Below are positions 8,073 through 17,778 of a stretch of DNA of 55,202 bases, piece by piece (within the stretch, counting starts at the first letter, position 1; every line of letters begins with the position of its first letter). The position numbers and the translations under genes are program-made. The stretch is taken from positions 1 to 55,202 of IMG/VR virus record IMGVR_UViG_3300041809_002179; one strand, 5' to 3'. Origin of the DNA: a virus (Duplodnaviria; Caudoviricetes). Below the pieces are notes generated by a model, which saw nothing but the letters and a program-made list of their open reading frames with translations, searched no databases and was not told the origin of the DNA.

Positions 8073-10816
8073 TGGATCTCCTTGATCCCAACCCGTCGCC
8101 AGAAGTGTTTAAGAACCTTCTGACCAATTTCTCGCCGAACATTCGCGACCACTTTCCGTTCCCAACGATCCGGCCTTCACAAGAGTTAGGTCTACAGGCC
8201 ATCGAGCGAGCCTACGCGAGCGACAAGAAATTTATCATACTGGAATTACCCACTGGTGTAGGAAAATGTCTAGCAAAAGGAACCCTGGTTTTGATGTTTG
8301 ACGGTTCTACTCGAGAAATAGAAAAAGTCAAAGTGGGGGAACTGGTGATGGGACCGGACTCTCGTCCGCGCCGGGTACTTTCTCTTTCTTCTGGCGAATC
8401 TGAAATGTTCATTGTTCGGCCCGACAAGGGAGAGGCATACACCGTTAACGAAAACCATATTTTAAGTTTACGTCATTCCGGGCGGGTAGTTCGAGAGCAC
8501 CAGAAGTATCTGGACAAAGAAAATGTTTGTGAAATTTCTCTCCAAGAGTATGTAGGAAAAAGCAAATGGTTCAAACACTGTTTCAAGGGGTTCAAAACTG
8601 GGGTAGAATTTGTCAACCGACCAGTTCCGCTGTCCCCGTATTTCATCGGCTTGTGGTTGGGTGACGGGAACTCTCGATGGCCAACTGTCACAACCTCTGA
8701 CAAAGAAATCACAACCTTTTTAGAAGGGTTTGCGAAATCCTACGATCTTTTCCTCACACAAGACGACGTAGCCTCAGTCGGACCAACAGGAATTATCACC
8801 TATTCTTGGAATATTTCCAGCAAAAATCATGGGGGAAGTCAGAGGCAAAAACAGAGACAGAACCCTGTTCTTAACCGAATGCGAAGACTAAATATCCTAG
8901 GAAACAAGCACATTCCCTCAAGCTACCTCGTAAACTCCAGGCGGAAACGGCTTGAACTTTTAGCTGGTCTTTTGGATTCGGATGGTGAATTGGTACACAA
9001 CACTTATGGTATTTGGAGCAAGTGGCAACAGTTGGCAAACCAAATTTGCTTCTTAGCTCGCTCTCTAGGATTTGCTTCTTTTGTCAAACCTGGAATAGCC
9101 AAACTCGACGGAAAGGAATTCCCTGGATTTCGAGTCACGATTTACGGAAAAGGACTCGAGCAAATCCCAGTTCTATTGAAACGCAAAAAAGCAACCACAA
9201 GAACCCAAATCAAAAATGCTCTGCACACAGGAATCACCATAGTCCCTGCTGGGCGGGGAGAATATTTTGGATTTAGCCTAGATGTAGATGGTAGGTTCCT
9301 GCTTGGAGATTTCACTGTAACTCACAACAGTGGTATCGCGGTTGCCGCCGCGTCCTGGGCTAAGACCCTCCCCACCACAGGGGAATTCCAACAAGGTGCG
9401 TACATCCTTTCCCCACAGAAGACTCTTACCGCGCAGTACATGAAGGACTTCGCCAACCTGGGCCTTCTAGAACTCAAGGGTAAAGCGAACTATTGGTGCC
9501 ATCAGTTTGAAACCGATTGTGACACCGCTTCACTTTTACACGGTGGACGGGACGACGAAGACGCCGGGGATAACCGGGGCAATCCGGACCTTTGTTGCGA
9601 ATACAAGCCTGCAAAGAAAGCATTCATTGCCGGCTTGATGGGTGTGACCAACTTCGCATACTATCTGAACGAAACGCAGTATTCCGGACAGCTCAAGAAC
9701 CGACAATTGTTGATCCTGGACGAAGGACACAACACCGAAGGCCAGATCCTGGGATTCACCGACACCGTGATCAATCCCAAGCGCAGCGAAGAGCACGGTG
9801 CGGGAAAACTTCCGTTTATCAAACCGGGCGAGAACGCCAAGACGCGAGAGTGGTTGGTCAAAACCTTCGTACCGGCGACGCAGGAATACATGCGCAATCT
9901 GGAAGAGCTGATGAATGAAGCGAAGTATGCCCAGAACCGCGAGGACCAGATCAAATACGGGCGCAAACTGGACAGTACCGACAAATTCCTTTGCCGGCTG
10001 AACCGCTTTATCAATAGCGAAGACCCCGGCAACTGGCTTTGTTGGTCGGACAAAGACAGCAACGTTCTGACCATCAAACCGTTGACTGCTACCTTGTACG
10101 CAGATGAAGTTCTGTTTCGCAAGGCGAAGAAGATTTTAATCATGTCCGCGACGATCCTGGACTTCAACACATTTATGAGGAACTTGGGGATCAAGCGTGA
10201 AGACGCTGAGATCTTGGCCGTACCTAGTGAATTCCCGGTTGAGAACCGCCCGATCTTCTACCGTCCGGTTGGCTTGATGTCCCATAAGTACATCGACCAG
10301 ACATTACCCAAGATGGGCGCGATGGTGGAGAAGATCCTCGACAAATATGCAAAGCACAAGGGAATCACCCAGACACACAGCTATCGCATCACCAAGTACC
10401 TTACAGATTTCTTACGGGGCAAGCCTGCCTCGAAGCGCATCCTCACGCACACTGGCGAAATCCAGGGATCGCGTGACCTGGCTGTACAGAAGCACCTTTC
10501 AAGTCCGGACCCTACCGTCCTCTTCTCTCCAAGTATGACCGAGGGTCTGGACTTGAAAGAAGATCTCGCCCGCTTTGGCATCTCCTGCAAAGTACCATAT
10601 CCATACATGGATCCCTACGTCAAAGCGCGCATGCAGCGCGACCCTGCGTGGTACGAATGGTTGACCGCGCTGGCGATAGTCCAAGGCACCGGGCGTATCG
10701 TACGCTCCCGAACTGACAAAGGGCATTTCTATATCCTGGATGGCAGCTTTGAGTACTTTCTCACGAAGAACCAAAAGGTACTGCCAAAATGGTGGACAGA
10801 CAGTATCATTTGGTAG
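8072..10816 (+). CDS. DinG/XPD-family SF2 helicase, intein-containing
   Basis: Q-motif RPSQ, Walker A PTGVGK|S split by intein, ILDEGHN, MSAT, EGLDL, QGTGRIVR. Confidence 0.9.
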   Translation: MDLLDPNPSPEVFKNLLTNFSPNIRDHFPFPTIRPSQELGLQAIERAYASDKKFIILELPTGVGKCLAKGTLVLMFDGSTREIEKVKVGELVMGPDSRPRRVLSLSSGESEMFIVRPDKGEAYTVNENHILSLRHSGRVVREHQKYLDKENVCEISLQEYVGKSKWFKHCFKGFKTGVEFVNRPVPLSPYFIGLWLGDGNSRWPTVTTSDKEITTFLEGFAKSYDLFLTQDDVASVGPTGIITYSWNISSKNHGGSQRQKQRQNPVLNRMRRLNILGNKHIPSSYLVNSRRKRLELLAGLLDSDGELVHNTYGIWSKWQQLANQICFLARSLGFASFVKPGIAKLDGKEFPGFRVTIYGKGLEQIPVLLKRKKATTRTQIKNALHTGITIVPAGRGEYFGFSLDVDGRFLLGDFTVTHNSGIAVAAASWAKTLPTTGEFQQGAYILSPQKTLTAQYMKDFANLGLLELKGKANYWCHQFETDCDTASLLHGGRDDEDAGDNRGNPDLCCEYKPAKKAFIAGLMGVTNFAYYLNETQYSGQLKNRQLLILDEGHNTEGQILGFTDTVINPKRSEEHGAGKLPFIKPGENAKTREWLVKTFVPATQEYMRNLEELMNEAKYAQNREDQIKYGRKLDSTDKFLCRLNRFINSEDPGNWLCWSDKDSNVLTIKPLTATLYADEVLFRKAKKILIMSATILDFNTFMRNLGIKREDAEILAVPSEFPVENRPIFYRPVGLMSHKYIDQTLPKMGAMVEKILDKYAKHKGITQTHSYRITKYLTDFLRGKPASKRILTHTGEIQGSRDLAVQKHLSSPDPTVLFSPSMTEGLDLKEDLARFGISCKVPYPYMDPYVKARMQRDPAWYEWLTALAIVQGTGRIVRSRTDKGHFYILDGSFEYFLTKNQKVLPKWWTDSIIW
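8267..9328 (+). mobile_element. Intein with LAGLIDADG homing endonuclease (354 aa)
   Basis: Starts CLAKGT, block B VNENHIL, IGLWLGDG and LLAGLLDSDG, ends VTHN before Ser. Confidence 0.95.
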
Positions 10817-10936
10817 GATGCTAACTCTCAAAGACAAGAAGTGGCTGTTCAGCCTTGCTTTCTACATTGTCATCGCCTTGAAAGGCGATGGAACTTTCTT
10901 TGGTAGCTTGAAAGAACGAATGTTGGGAGAATAGAG

Positions 10937-11257
10937 ATGAAATACCGCTGCCCCGCCTGTGGCGTAATTCTTGAACGCGACAGCAAGAAGATGTGGGTCA
11001 AATCGTATTGCGATGTGGCGGGGAGAACAGCCCGCCTTCAACGAGTGATGACAATCGAAATCACTCCCATTCCAAAACGGAAGCGGGTGCGCTGCTGTGA
11101 TAATGGATTCTTCGGCACTAAACACAAATGCCAAAAGCAATCCGGTCCGACCTTCGAGATCGCTTCAATGCCCATGATTTCAAAGAGCGAGATTATCAAT
11201 CGTCGATTTGAGCGCCCTACACTGAAGCACAAACGGCGCTGCCGGCCTGGTCAATGA
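10937..11257 (+). CDS. Cys-rich hypothetical protein
   Basis: CPACG near the N-terminus; SD ggaga. Confidence 0.5.
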   Translation: MKYRCPACGVILERDSKKMWVKSYCDVAGRTARLQRVMTIEITPIPKRKRVRCCDNGFFGTKHKCQKQSGPTFEIASMPMISKSEIINRRFERPTLKHKRRCRPGQ

Positions 11258-11430
11258 AAAAGTTACCCCGAAAAGTAGGATCGAAGCGGCGGGATGGGCT
11301 TGAAGGTTTGCGGTTACTTGCTGCGATTACGAAATTTTGTCCAAAATGTGGTAGTGTGATGTGGAAAGAAAATCTAGGATGTATGGTTGGCTTCGTGTGG
11401 CACTGTGACAAATGTGGAGAGCGATGCTGA
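11254..11430 (+). CDS. Small zinc-ribbon protein
   Basis: Manual translation, 58 aa: FCPKCGSVM...WHCDKCG. Confidence 0.55.
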   Translation: MKKLPRKVGSKRRDGLEGLRLLAAITKFCPKCGSVMWKENLGCMVGFVWHCDKCGERC

Positions 11431-11795
11431 AACTCGTCCAACAACGCGGGGAGAAAACTTGCGGGCAAGTCGTGGTTGCTATGCTTGGCAACATATCCTA
11501 CGAAGAAGCTGTCACTCTTATCGGCCATGAGGGCAGAACTTTCACTGGTCAACTTTACTTTGCGTTCCAATGTTTGGGTTTCGATTGTCCTGATCGCCTG
11601 GTAAGAAAAGGAAAGAAAACCGAACTGCCCGCCAGGTGTGCGGCCAAACTATCTTGCAAGGGAGACCGACACTGGGGACACTGGGTCGCATATTTTGAAG
11701 GCACCGTGTATGATCCTTGGTACGGAGTCAATCCGGTTTATCCCAAACGGGTCCGAGTGACGTCGTTTCTCCCTCTTCAGCTTCGTTCCCGGTAA
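11424..11795 (+). CDS. Peptidase C39-like cysteine protease
   Basis: VQQ...TCGQVVVAML, HWV, VYDP. Confidence 0.7.
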   Translation: MLKLVQQRGEKTCGQVVVAMLGNISYEEAVTLIGHEGRTFTGQLYFAFQCLGFDCPDRLVRKGKKTELPARCAAKLSCKGDRHWGHWVAYFEGTVYDPWYGVNPVYPKRVRVTSFLPLQLRSR

Positions 11796-11806
11796 TAGAT
11801 AGCCCT

Positions 11807-13315
11807 ATGGCAGATCTCAGCACTTTAAGTTTCTGGCGATTGTTCCACTCCCTTCTCCGACACAGCAACGGCAAGGGCGAAACTGCTCGGGCGCTAGAAG
11901 CCTACGAGTGGATAAATGATAACCTGACACAATTGCGCAAGTGTTGTGTCGACTACGAATTAGACCTAATCGGCGGAATTTACGATCTAAGCCGGGACAC
12001 CGAAACTCTCCCCACCTACGACATAGTTAAAGAGCGAGTCCAAAATCTCGACAAAAATGAGGGAGCGTTAGAAGCTCTCAAAGAGTATGAAAGTATCCGC
12101 GATTCCCAATTAACCGTTCACCAAGTTCCCGAAATGAATGTGGTTCTAAAGGACCACGCAACCACGTTTGAGAATCTCAAATTGGCCAGCATCCTCGACC
12201 GAGCCAAGCGGATTGTAACCAGCAGCATTGATTATAAACCGAAGGGTGGAAAAAGCGTAAAACTATCCGGAGCCAAGGATTGCATCAACTTTATCATGGA
12301 ATCCATTGAAGATGGAGTTTTAGTCGGATCAACGAGCGGAGTCAATCGTCCTATTGTAGTACAAAAGGAAGCAGCGGAGGCTGGAGTTTGGTATGACCGT
12401 GCCAAGTTGTCGGGTTTCCTTCCTTCCGGTCTGCCTGACATCAAATTCATGCGTAGTAATTTCGTGGGCCTTTTGGGGCATGCGGGGCATGGGAAATCCA
12501 CCCTGGGTAGATTTATCCTGTACACCATCGCGGCGGCGGGGCATCCTTGTCTCCATATTTCCATAGAAAATGACCAAGAGAACGAACGCAACAAATACGT
12601 TTTGCTCCATGCTCACAACCCCTGCTTCGACGGGGAATTTGCTACTTTGTCCTACGCTGATTATTACAAAGGAAAACTCACTGGGATGCAACGGAGTTGG
12701 ATTGATTTCGTGGCTGACGACTTCGAGAAGAACATCGCCGGCAAGATGGTTATACGACAACCACATGAACAAACCTGGGATGCTATACGCGGGATTTCTG
12801 AAACGCAAGACCGAGTAGACGAATTCGAAGCAGAATTGATAGACTATGTCCAATTGATAGACGCGCCGGGGCGTAGCACCGATGACCGGAAGTCAAAAAT
12901 GAACGCAATTGTTAAAGACATTCGACAGTACGCACTGCGATCAGGAACTGAGACTAAGCGCAAAGTCATAATCTCTCCGGTACAAGGGAACGAAGAAGGC
13001 AAAAAGTTCGCACAGGATAACGAAGGCCGCTGGGAACTCTCTGGCGTCAACAACGAAAAGGAACTGTCCCGTAGCATGGATGTTATCCTGGGAATTTTCC
13101 AAATGAATCAATACCTCACTCCCGAAGGGCCGGAAACCGATATGGTCATATCTTCTCCGAAAGCCCGCGATGTTGGTTTCAAGCCATTCCACATGGTGAT
13201 GTCCAGCTGTGGCTGGTTTAAATTGGTCGGAGGATCTAACGTAAAAATCGGGGACTCCCTACCAAGTCTCCCTTCTGACTCTATTGAGTCTGTTGATATC
13301 GGTAGCACTCTCTAA
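11807..13315 (+). CDS. Divergent DnaB-like replicative helicase
   Basis: GHAGHGKST Walker A, ISIEN, LIDYVQLI, SPVQ, KAR motifs. Confidence 0.8.
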   Translation: MADLSTLSFWRLFHSLLRHSNGKGETARALEAYEWINDNLTQLRKCCVDYELDLIGGIYDLSRDTETLPTYDIVKERVQNLDKNEGALEALKEYESIRDSQLTVHQVPEMNVVLKDHATTFENLKLASILDRAKRIVTSSIDYKPKGGKSVKLSGAKDCINFIMESIEDGVLVGSTSGVNRPIVVQKEAAEAGVWYDRAKLSGFLPSGLPDIKFMRSNFVGLLGHAGHGKSTLGRFILYTIAAAGHPCLHISIENDQENERNKYVLLHAHNPCFDGEFATLSYADYYKGKLTGMQRSWIDFVADDFEKNIAGKMVIRQPHEQTWDAIRGISETQDRVDEFEAELIDYVQLIDAPGRSTDDRKSKMNAIVKDIRQYALRSGTETKRKVIISPVQGNEEGKKFAQDNEGRWELSGVNNEKELSRSMDVILGIFQMNQYLTPEGPETDMVISSPKARDVGFKPFHMVMSSCGWFKLVGGSNVKIGDSLPSLPSDSIESVDIGSTL

Positions 13316-13333
13316 AATCAAGTATCTCATTTG

Positions 13334-13362
13334 ACGCGGGTTACACGCGGGCAACACGCGGG
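13334..13362. repeat. Three phased ACGCGGG direct repeats (11-bp period)
   Basis: Copies at 13334, 13345 and 13356, upstream of the Rep-like gene. Confidence 0.75.
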
Positions 13363-13382
13363 GACCAAAGTGAAGGAGACAA

Positions 13383-13919
13383 GTGCCAAGACGAATCATT
13401 GACGGGGAAAAAACCTGGAAGTCTACAAAACTGGGCCAAGTGGAACCCGAGTCCTACCGAGCGGAGTACACTTGGATGTTTGCCGTGGCAAATGACGTGG
13501 CTACATTTGAGTGCGATCCACGAACTATTTGGGGAACCGCCTACGCGATAAATCGACCTAGCATCACTCCGGAAGAAGTCTCTAAGATGTTGGAAGAATT
13601 CGAACGAGTCAAACTTTTGTTCCGTTGGAAAGTAGGCAACAAAATCTGGGGATACTGGACCGGAACAGACAAAAGAGGTCTGCTCCCGAAGCCCAGTGAA
13701 CGTTACAATAAGGGACCGGAACCTCCTGCCGCGGATTTGGAGCGGTTCCTCAGCGGGGATACAGCGGATGAGCCGCGCCAGTTCCGCGAGAATTCGCGAC
13801 AGGGTTTGGGTTTGGGTTTGGGTTTGGGTTTGGATGAGGGTCAGGTTGAGGTTGAGGAACAGGAGACAGACAGGACTCACGACAACAGCAAAAACCTAGT
13901 CGTACAGATCGAGGAGTAG
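13383..13919 (+). CDS. Phage replication-initiator-like protein (N-terminal winged-helix type)
   Basis: MPRRII...W...ANDVATFECDPR...LEEFERVKLLFRW pattern followed by a low-complexity linker. Confidence 0.6.
   Translation: MPRRIIDGEKTWKSTKLGQVEPESYRAEYTWMFAVANDVATFECDPRTIWGTAYAINRPSITPEEVSKMLEEFERVKLLFRWKVGNKIWGYWTGTDKRGLLPKPSERYNKGPEPPAADLERFLSGDTADEPRQFRENSRQGLGLGLGLGLDEGQVEVEEQETDRTHDNSKNLVVQIEE
13803..13832. repeat. (GGTTTG)x5 in Rep linker
   Basis: Five exact hexamer copies encoding GLGLGLGLGL. Confidence 0.9.
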
Positions 13920-13921
13920 CC

Positions 13922-14512
13922 ATGGGTATCAAGAATGCGGAAGCCCTCCGCGCCGGAAAACAAAATCAATCCTCATATCTCGCAAATGAGCTCCGGGGTT
14001 TAACCGGGGAGAAACTTTTGAACCCTTCGGATTTCACCACATGGGCCTCCGAAGCGGAAAAGTTGAAGGGCCGCGATCCGTTTGAATTGGCCGCCATTAT
14101 GTATTGGGCCGTTAAGGAGAGCGACTATTGGTCGGGTTGGGGCCTCACCATGGAGAAGTTTGTCAAAAAAGTTGATGACATTTCGCGGGACTATCGGGCA
14201 GCTCAGCGCCAAAAGCAGATTCTTGAGAACCAGACTTCAGGCGTCAAGTATTCTCCCACGTGTCTGGCCCTTTTCGCTCGCTATCCTGGGAAGACCCGGC
14301 CTTACATCGAGGATGAAGACACCAAAGCGCGGGCAGACGTCAAGGTTGTGGAGTTTAGCAAGACGTGCAGGGAATGTAAGGGGAAGCATGAAGTGAAGAG
14401 TAAGCTGCCCCGAATCAAAGGCAAGCCGATTTTGTGCCACACTTGTGAGGCCTACCGAGTTAAAATCTGGTCGGGCATCAAAACACAAGTCCACAAAGAA
14501 CTTTATGCGTAA
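13922..14512 (+). CDS. Hypothetical protein, possible Rep partner, with C-terminal Cys pairs
   Basis: SD gaggag; CREC...CHTC. Confidence 0.6.
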   Translation: MGIKNAEALRAGKQNQSSYLANELRGLTGEKLLNPSDFTTWASEAEKLKGRDPFELAAIMYWAVKESDYWSGWGLTMEKFVKKVDDISRDYRAAQRQKQILENQTSGVKYSPTCLALFARYPGKTRPYIEDEDTKARADVKVVEFSKTCRECKGKHEVKSKLPRIKGKPILCHTCEAYRVKIWSGIKTQVHKELYA

Positions 14513-14807
14513 GTCGCGTCCCCGTTATCCTCGTCAGAAGGAAGTCACTTTGGTGCTCCGTGCCTTGGAAGCGGTTCCTCGGGACGTGCCCTTCCGTATG
14601 GGCTGGCGTGAATCGGAACATTATGTTCCCAACTGGCGTGTGCAGACCCAGACGAACGAGATTGAATGGACGGTTGACATTTACGCCGGGGGTTACTACA
14701 TCGTGCGAGTAGGCAGCCGGTTGACTGAAGAGGTCACGTCAGTGTCTTCCCTAGTCGGCTACCTTTGCCGCATGCTACGTGTACAGCGAGTATCTAAACC
14801 AGTATGA
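14505..14807 (+). CDS. Hypothetical protein
   Basis: ORF overlapping both neighbours. Confidence 0.5.
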   Translation: MRKSRPRYPRQKEVTLVLRALEAVPRDVPFRMGWRESEHYVPNWRVQTQTNEIEWTVDIYAGGYYIVRVGSRLTEEVTSVSSLVGYLCRMLRVQRVSKPV

Positions 14808-15550
14808 CCGAAGCCCCTATTGTTAACCTGCGGACCTTAGAAGATTTGAAAAAGGTTCTGTTTATGCAGCGTATGGTCACGCGCCAAGCTAAGGAGGAAC
14901 TCTTGGCTGTGGCTTCAGATGCAGAGCTATTTGAATCCCCAAAAGAACCGGCTCGCCTAGAAGACTTAATCGGGAATGAATTCGCTAAGAAGGCCGCGAC
15001 GTTCATGGCGGATGAACGACACATCTTAGAGAAATACGCAAACAACCCCACATTGACCGAGTTTAACCTCATCCCCCATCTGGCCGGAGGGACGCATTGG
15101 GGAGCCACGTTTGGCGTTACGCTGCTCGTTGGGGAGTTAGTGCTGGAACAAGTGAAGGCCATGGAGGGGAAGTTTGAACCTCTGCTTCGCCGCCTCTATT
15201 TAATTCTGCTCATGGAACTAGACAAGCCGAAACATAACTACCTTGTAGAGCCTTTAGAGAAGGCAACGAATTTCAAAGTCACAAAACCGGATGGCAGTCC
15301 GGTTCCGCTGGAAGATCAAGTTGCTTACAAAAGGCGGATGATTCACCATTTGGTCGAGTCTTATCTCGTGATTAGTCTGGAATATGGGATTGTGGAATCT
15401 CTTCAGTCTGGTTTCGTACTTACCGACCTAGGAAAGCGCGTTCTCCTTCATTTGTTGGACGCAGAAAAATTTGTCACCCTGCTTGTAGAGGCCCACACTA
15501 GACTTCAGGGAATAAAACCGAGTATTGAACGCAAGGATTCTCTCCTATGA
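14804..15550 (+). CDS. Hypothetical protein
   Basis: 248-aa ORF. Confidence 0.65.
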   Translation: MTEAPIVNLRTLEDLKKVLFMQRMVTRQAKEELLAVASDAELFESPKEPARLEDLIGNEFAKKAATFMADERHILEKYANNPTLTEFNLIPHLAGGTHWGATFGVTLLVGELVLEQVKAMEGKFEPLLRRLYLILLMELDKPKHNYLVEPLEKATNFKVTKPDGSPVPLEDQVAYKRRMIHHLVESYLVISLEYGIVESLQSGFVLTDLGKRVLLHLLDAEKFVTLLVEAHTRLQGIKPSIERKDSLL

Positions 15551-16161
15551 ACAAAATCTATCTGGCCGCACCTTTCAGTTGGCAGAAACGTATTTTGGGT
15601 TATGCTCAGGAGCTCACGCGGATGGGCTATGTTCAAACTGGTGAATGGCTAGACCAGGAACCTAGTTTTATTAATTGGGATAACAGCACCAACACGAAAT
15701 TTGCGGGACTGCATGCTGAGTGCCTGACCCTTTCCATTCGCGATTTACGAAATATTGCGGAGTGCGATACTTTGATTCTTTTTGAACCGGGCATTCCGCT
15801 GGAACGCAACACTCGCGTTGCGGAATTTGGTGTGGCCTTAGCTTGGGGGAAACAGTGCATTGTAATTGGCCCGGAGGACGAGGACAAAAAAGATATCATC
15901 AGCAGTATCTTTGTGATGCTTCGCGAGAAACCCAAGAATTGGGGAGGTAAGTGGAGCGCTGACATTTACAATATGTTGGATGGGATCAAACCGGTTATTG
16001 GTTTCCAGACTTGGGAACAATTTTTAGAGGACATTTCGAATCCGGAAGAAATTGAACTCTGCGCGGGTTGCAGCCGGGGTTTCTTCGAGTGTGACAGGTG
16101 CGATTGTGGTACTTATTTGGGATACAGAAGCAAATCCGGTTTACTGGTTATGGGCCCATGA
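15547..16161 (+). CDS. Nucleoside 2-deoxyribosyltransferase/N-glycosidase-like protein
   Basis: KIYLAAPF, DLRNIAECD, AEFGVALAWGK. Confidence 0.75.
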   Translation: MNKIYLAAPFSWQKRILGYAQELTRMGYVQTGEWLDQEPSFINWDNSTNTKFAGLHAECLTLSIRDLRNIAECDTLILFEPGIPLERNTRVAEFGVALAWGKQCIVIGPEDEDKKDIISSIFVMLREKPKNWGGKWSADIYNMLDGIKPVIGFQTWEQFLEDISNPEEIELCAGCSRGFFECDRCDCGTYLGYRSKSGLLVMGP

Positions 16162-16628
16162 TTCTGGAAGTGAACCGTCTCCAGTACGTTCCTAATCCGC
16201 TATTCTACTTTCACTTGTCCTGGGCACTTCTGCTTGGCCTTCTGATAGGACTTGAGAGGCAAATTCATCATAGGGTCGCTGGCCTACGAACGACGGCCCT
16301 CGTCACCCTAGGATCAGCTCTTTTCTCCAGCATTCCGACTATGCTGATCTCTCCGTCCACAGATTTGCTGCGGATTGCTTCCACTGTTGTAACTGGCGTT
16401 GGATTCTTGGGGGGTGGAATTCTTTTACGAGAAGGGGTTAGCACTTCGTCGGTTCGCGTGAAAGGAATCAATACAGCGGCGACCCTTTGGTGCGCGGCGG
16501 CGGTGGGAGCTGCCTCTGGTCTTGGCTTGTGGACGCAAGCGGGATTCGCTACGGGTCTTCTCCTGGTGGTCAATATTGTGCTCCGGATTTTGGTTAAAAA
16601 ATTTGACCGGCCTATGGTTGAAGAATGA
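16158..16628 (+). CDS. MgtC/SapB-family membrane protein
   Basis: GLLIGLERQ...AGLRT...RIASTVVTGVGFLGGG...GINTAATLW. Confidence 0.9.
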   Translation: MILEVNRLQYVPNPLFYFHLSWALLLGLLIGLERQIHHRVAGLRTTALVTLGSALFSSIPTMLISPSTDLLRIASTVVTGVGFLGGGILLREGVSTSSVRVKGINTAATLWCAAAVGAASGLGLWTQAGFATGLLLVVNIVLRILVKKFDRPMVEE

Positions 16629-17422
16629 TGGAACACGAAAAATTTAGACCGGGCATTCGGGCAACCGTCTGGCCTACCACTCCACTCCTTCTCTTGCAGA
16701 AGACCTTTCGTCGTTTCAACATCTTAGTGGGGGATGATCCTGCGCAAGTTCGCTTCGCGGAACAAATTCTCGGTGTACCCTGTAAGTTTGTAGAGACTCT
16801 GCATGAGGAGGATCTGTTAGGAAAGGAGGAACCTTTGCTTTACCGGGTAGACTCCGCTCGATGTATGGAGTTGTCACCAAATACTAAAGCACTGGCGGGT
16901 ATCTGGTGCTTGGACCCTATCGAAAAAGGGAGTGCTGGAGCCAATGCCATCGTAAAATATGCGGCCACTATCTTGGACCTTGCAGCAGAGGCTAAATTGG
17001 TGCAACGTGTAGCGGACCAATTATTGGCGAGAGAGATAACTGACGTTCGGGCTGCAATTTGGGATGCCGCTTATTTGCTTACCGGACCACTCCCGCTAGA
17101 GAATAAAGAACGTTGGCCCGACCCTTGGGAGAGTCCTGTTGCTTGGGTGCCAGCAGGAGTAGATCCAGGCCTCCGACTCAATGCTCTATATCGTTTCTTA
17201 GTGGGCTATGTCTTTGCAAAAGAGGGAGATCAAGACGCGGCTCGCAAATTCGGGATTTCGGTAGCAAAATTTAAAGTCATGCAGCGGATCAATCTGGATC
17301 TCAATAAAGTGTACGATTGCGTCCGAGAACTCTCACGTTGGCGTACTCAGAAATACCCTCCGTTGGTCTGCGCTCTGCGGATTACAAATATCTGGAATCC
17401 CAGTAACGTAGGTAACTTTTAG
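16625..17422 (+). CDS. Hypothetical protein
   Basis: 265-aa ORF. Confidence 0.65.
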   Translation: MMEHEKFRPGIRATVWPTTPLLLLQKTFRRFNILVGDDPAQVRFAEQILGVPCKFVETLHEEDLLGKEEPLLYRVDSARCMELSPNTKALAGIWCLDPIEKGSAGANAIVKYAATILDLAAEAKLVQRVADQLLAREITDVRAAIWDAAYLLTGPLPLENKERWPDPWESPVAWVPAGVDPGLRLNALYRFLVGYVFAKEGDQDAARKFGISVAKFKVMQRINLDLNKVYDCVRELSRWRTQKYPPLVCALRITNIWNPSNVGNF

Positions 17423-17466
17423 TAACCTTTTGAGTAACCCAGTATTGATTGGACGAGGAATTGGAA

Positions 17467-17766
17467 ATGAACCCAAAGGATTCGGTGATCGCGAAGATTC
17501 AATGGGGACTGAGTCTTCCTACAAAGAAAGAAGCGGAAAATTTGCTGAACCGGGTTGTGTCTGCCATAGAGCTGACTTTACTTGAGAATCTAGACGATCC
17601 TCAGTTTTCTCTCAAACTCAACAGTCTCGGAAAATTTACCGTACACCACAAAGCAAGCATCATGCGCAAGATCCCGTGGTCGGGGGTTATGCATCAGACC
17701 AAAGCTCGACGTAAAGTCAAATTTGTATCCTTGGGACCACTCAGGGAACAAGAAGTAAAACAATAA
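17467..17766 (+). CDS. HU/IHF-family DNA-binding protein
   Basis: TKKEAE..., LNSLGKFTV, KIPWSG...ARRKVKF. Confidence 0.8.
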   Translation: MNPKDSVIAKIQWGLSLPTKKEAENLLNRVVSAIELTLLENLDDPQFSLKLNSLGKFTVHHKASIMRKIPWSGVMHQTKARRKVKFVSLGPLREQEVKQ

Positions 17767-17778
17767 GGAGAATCTACC

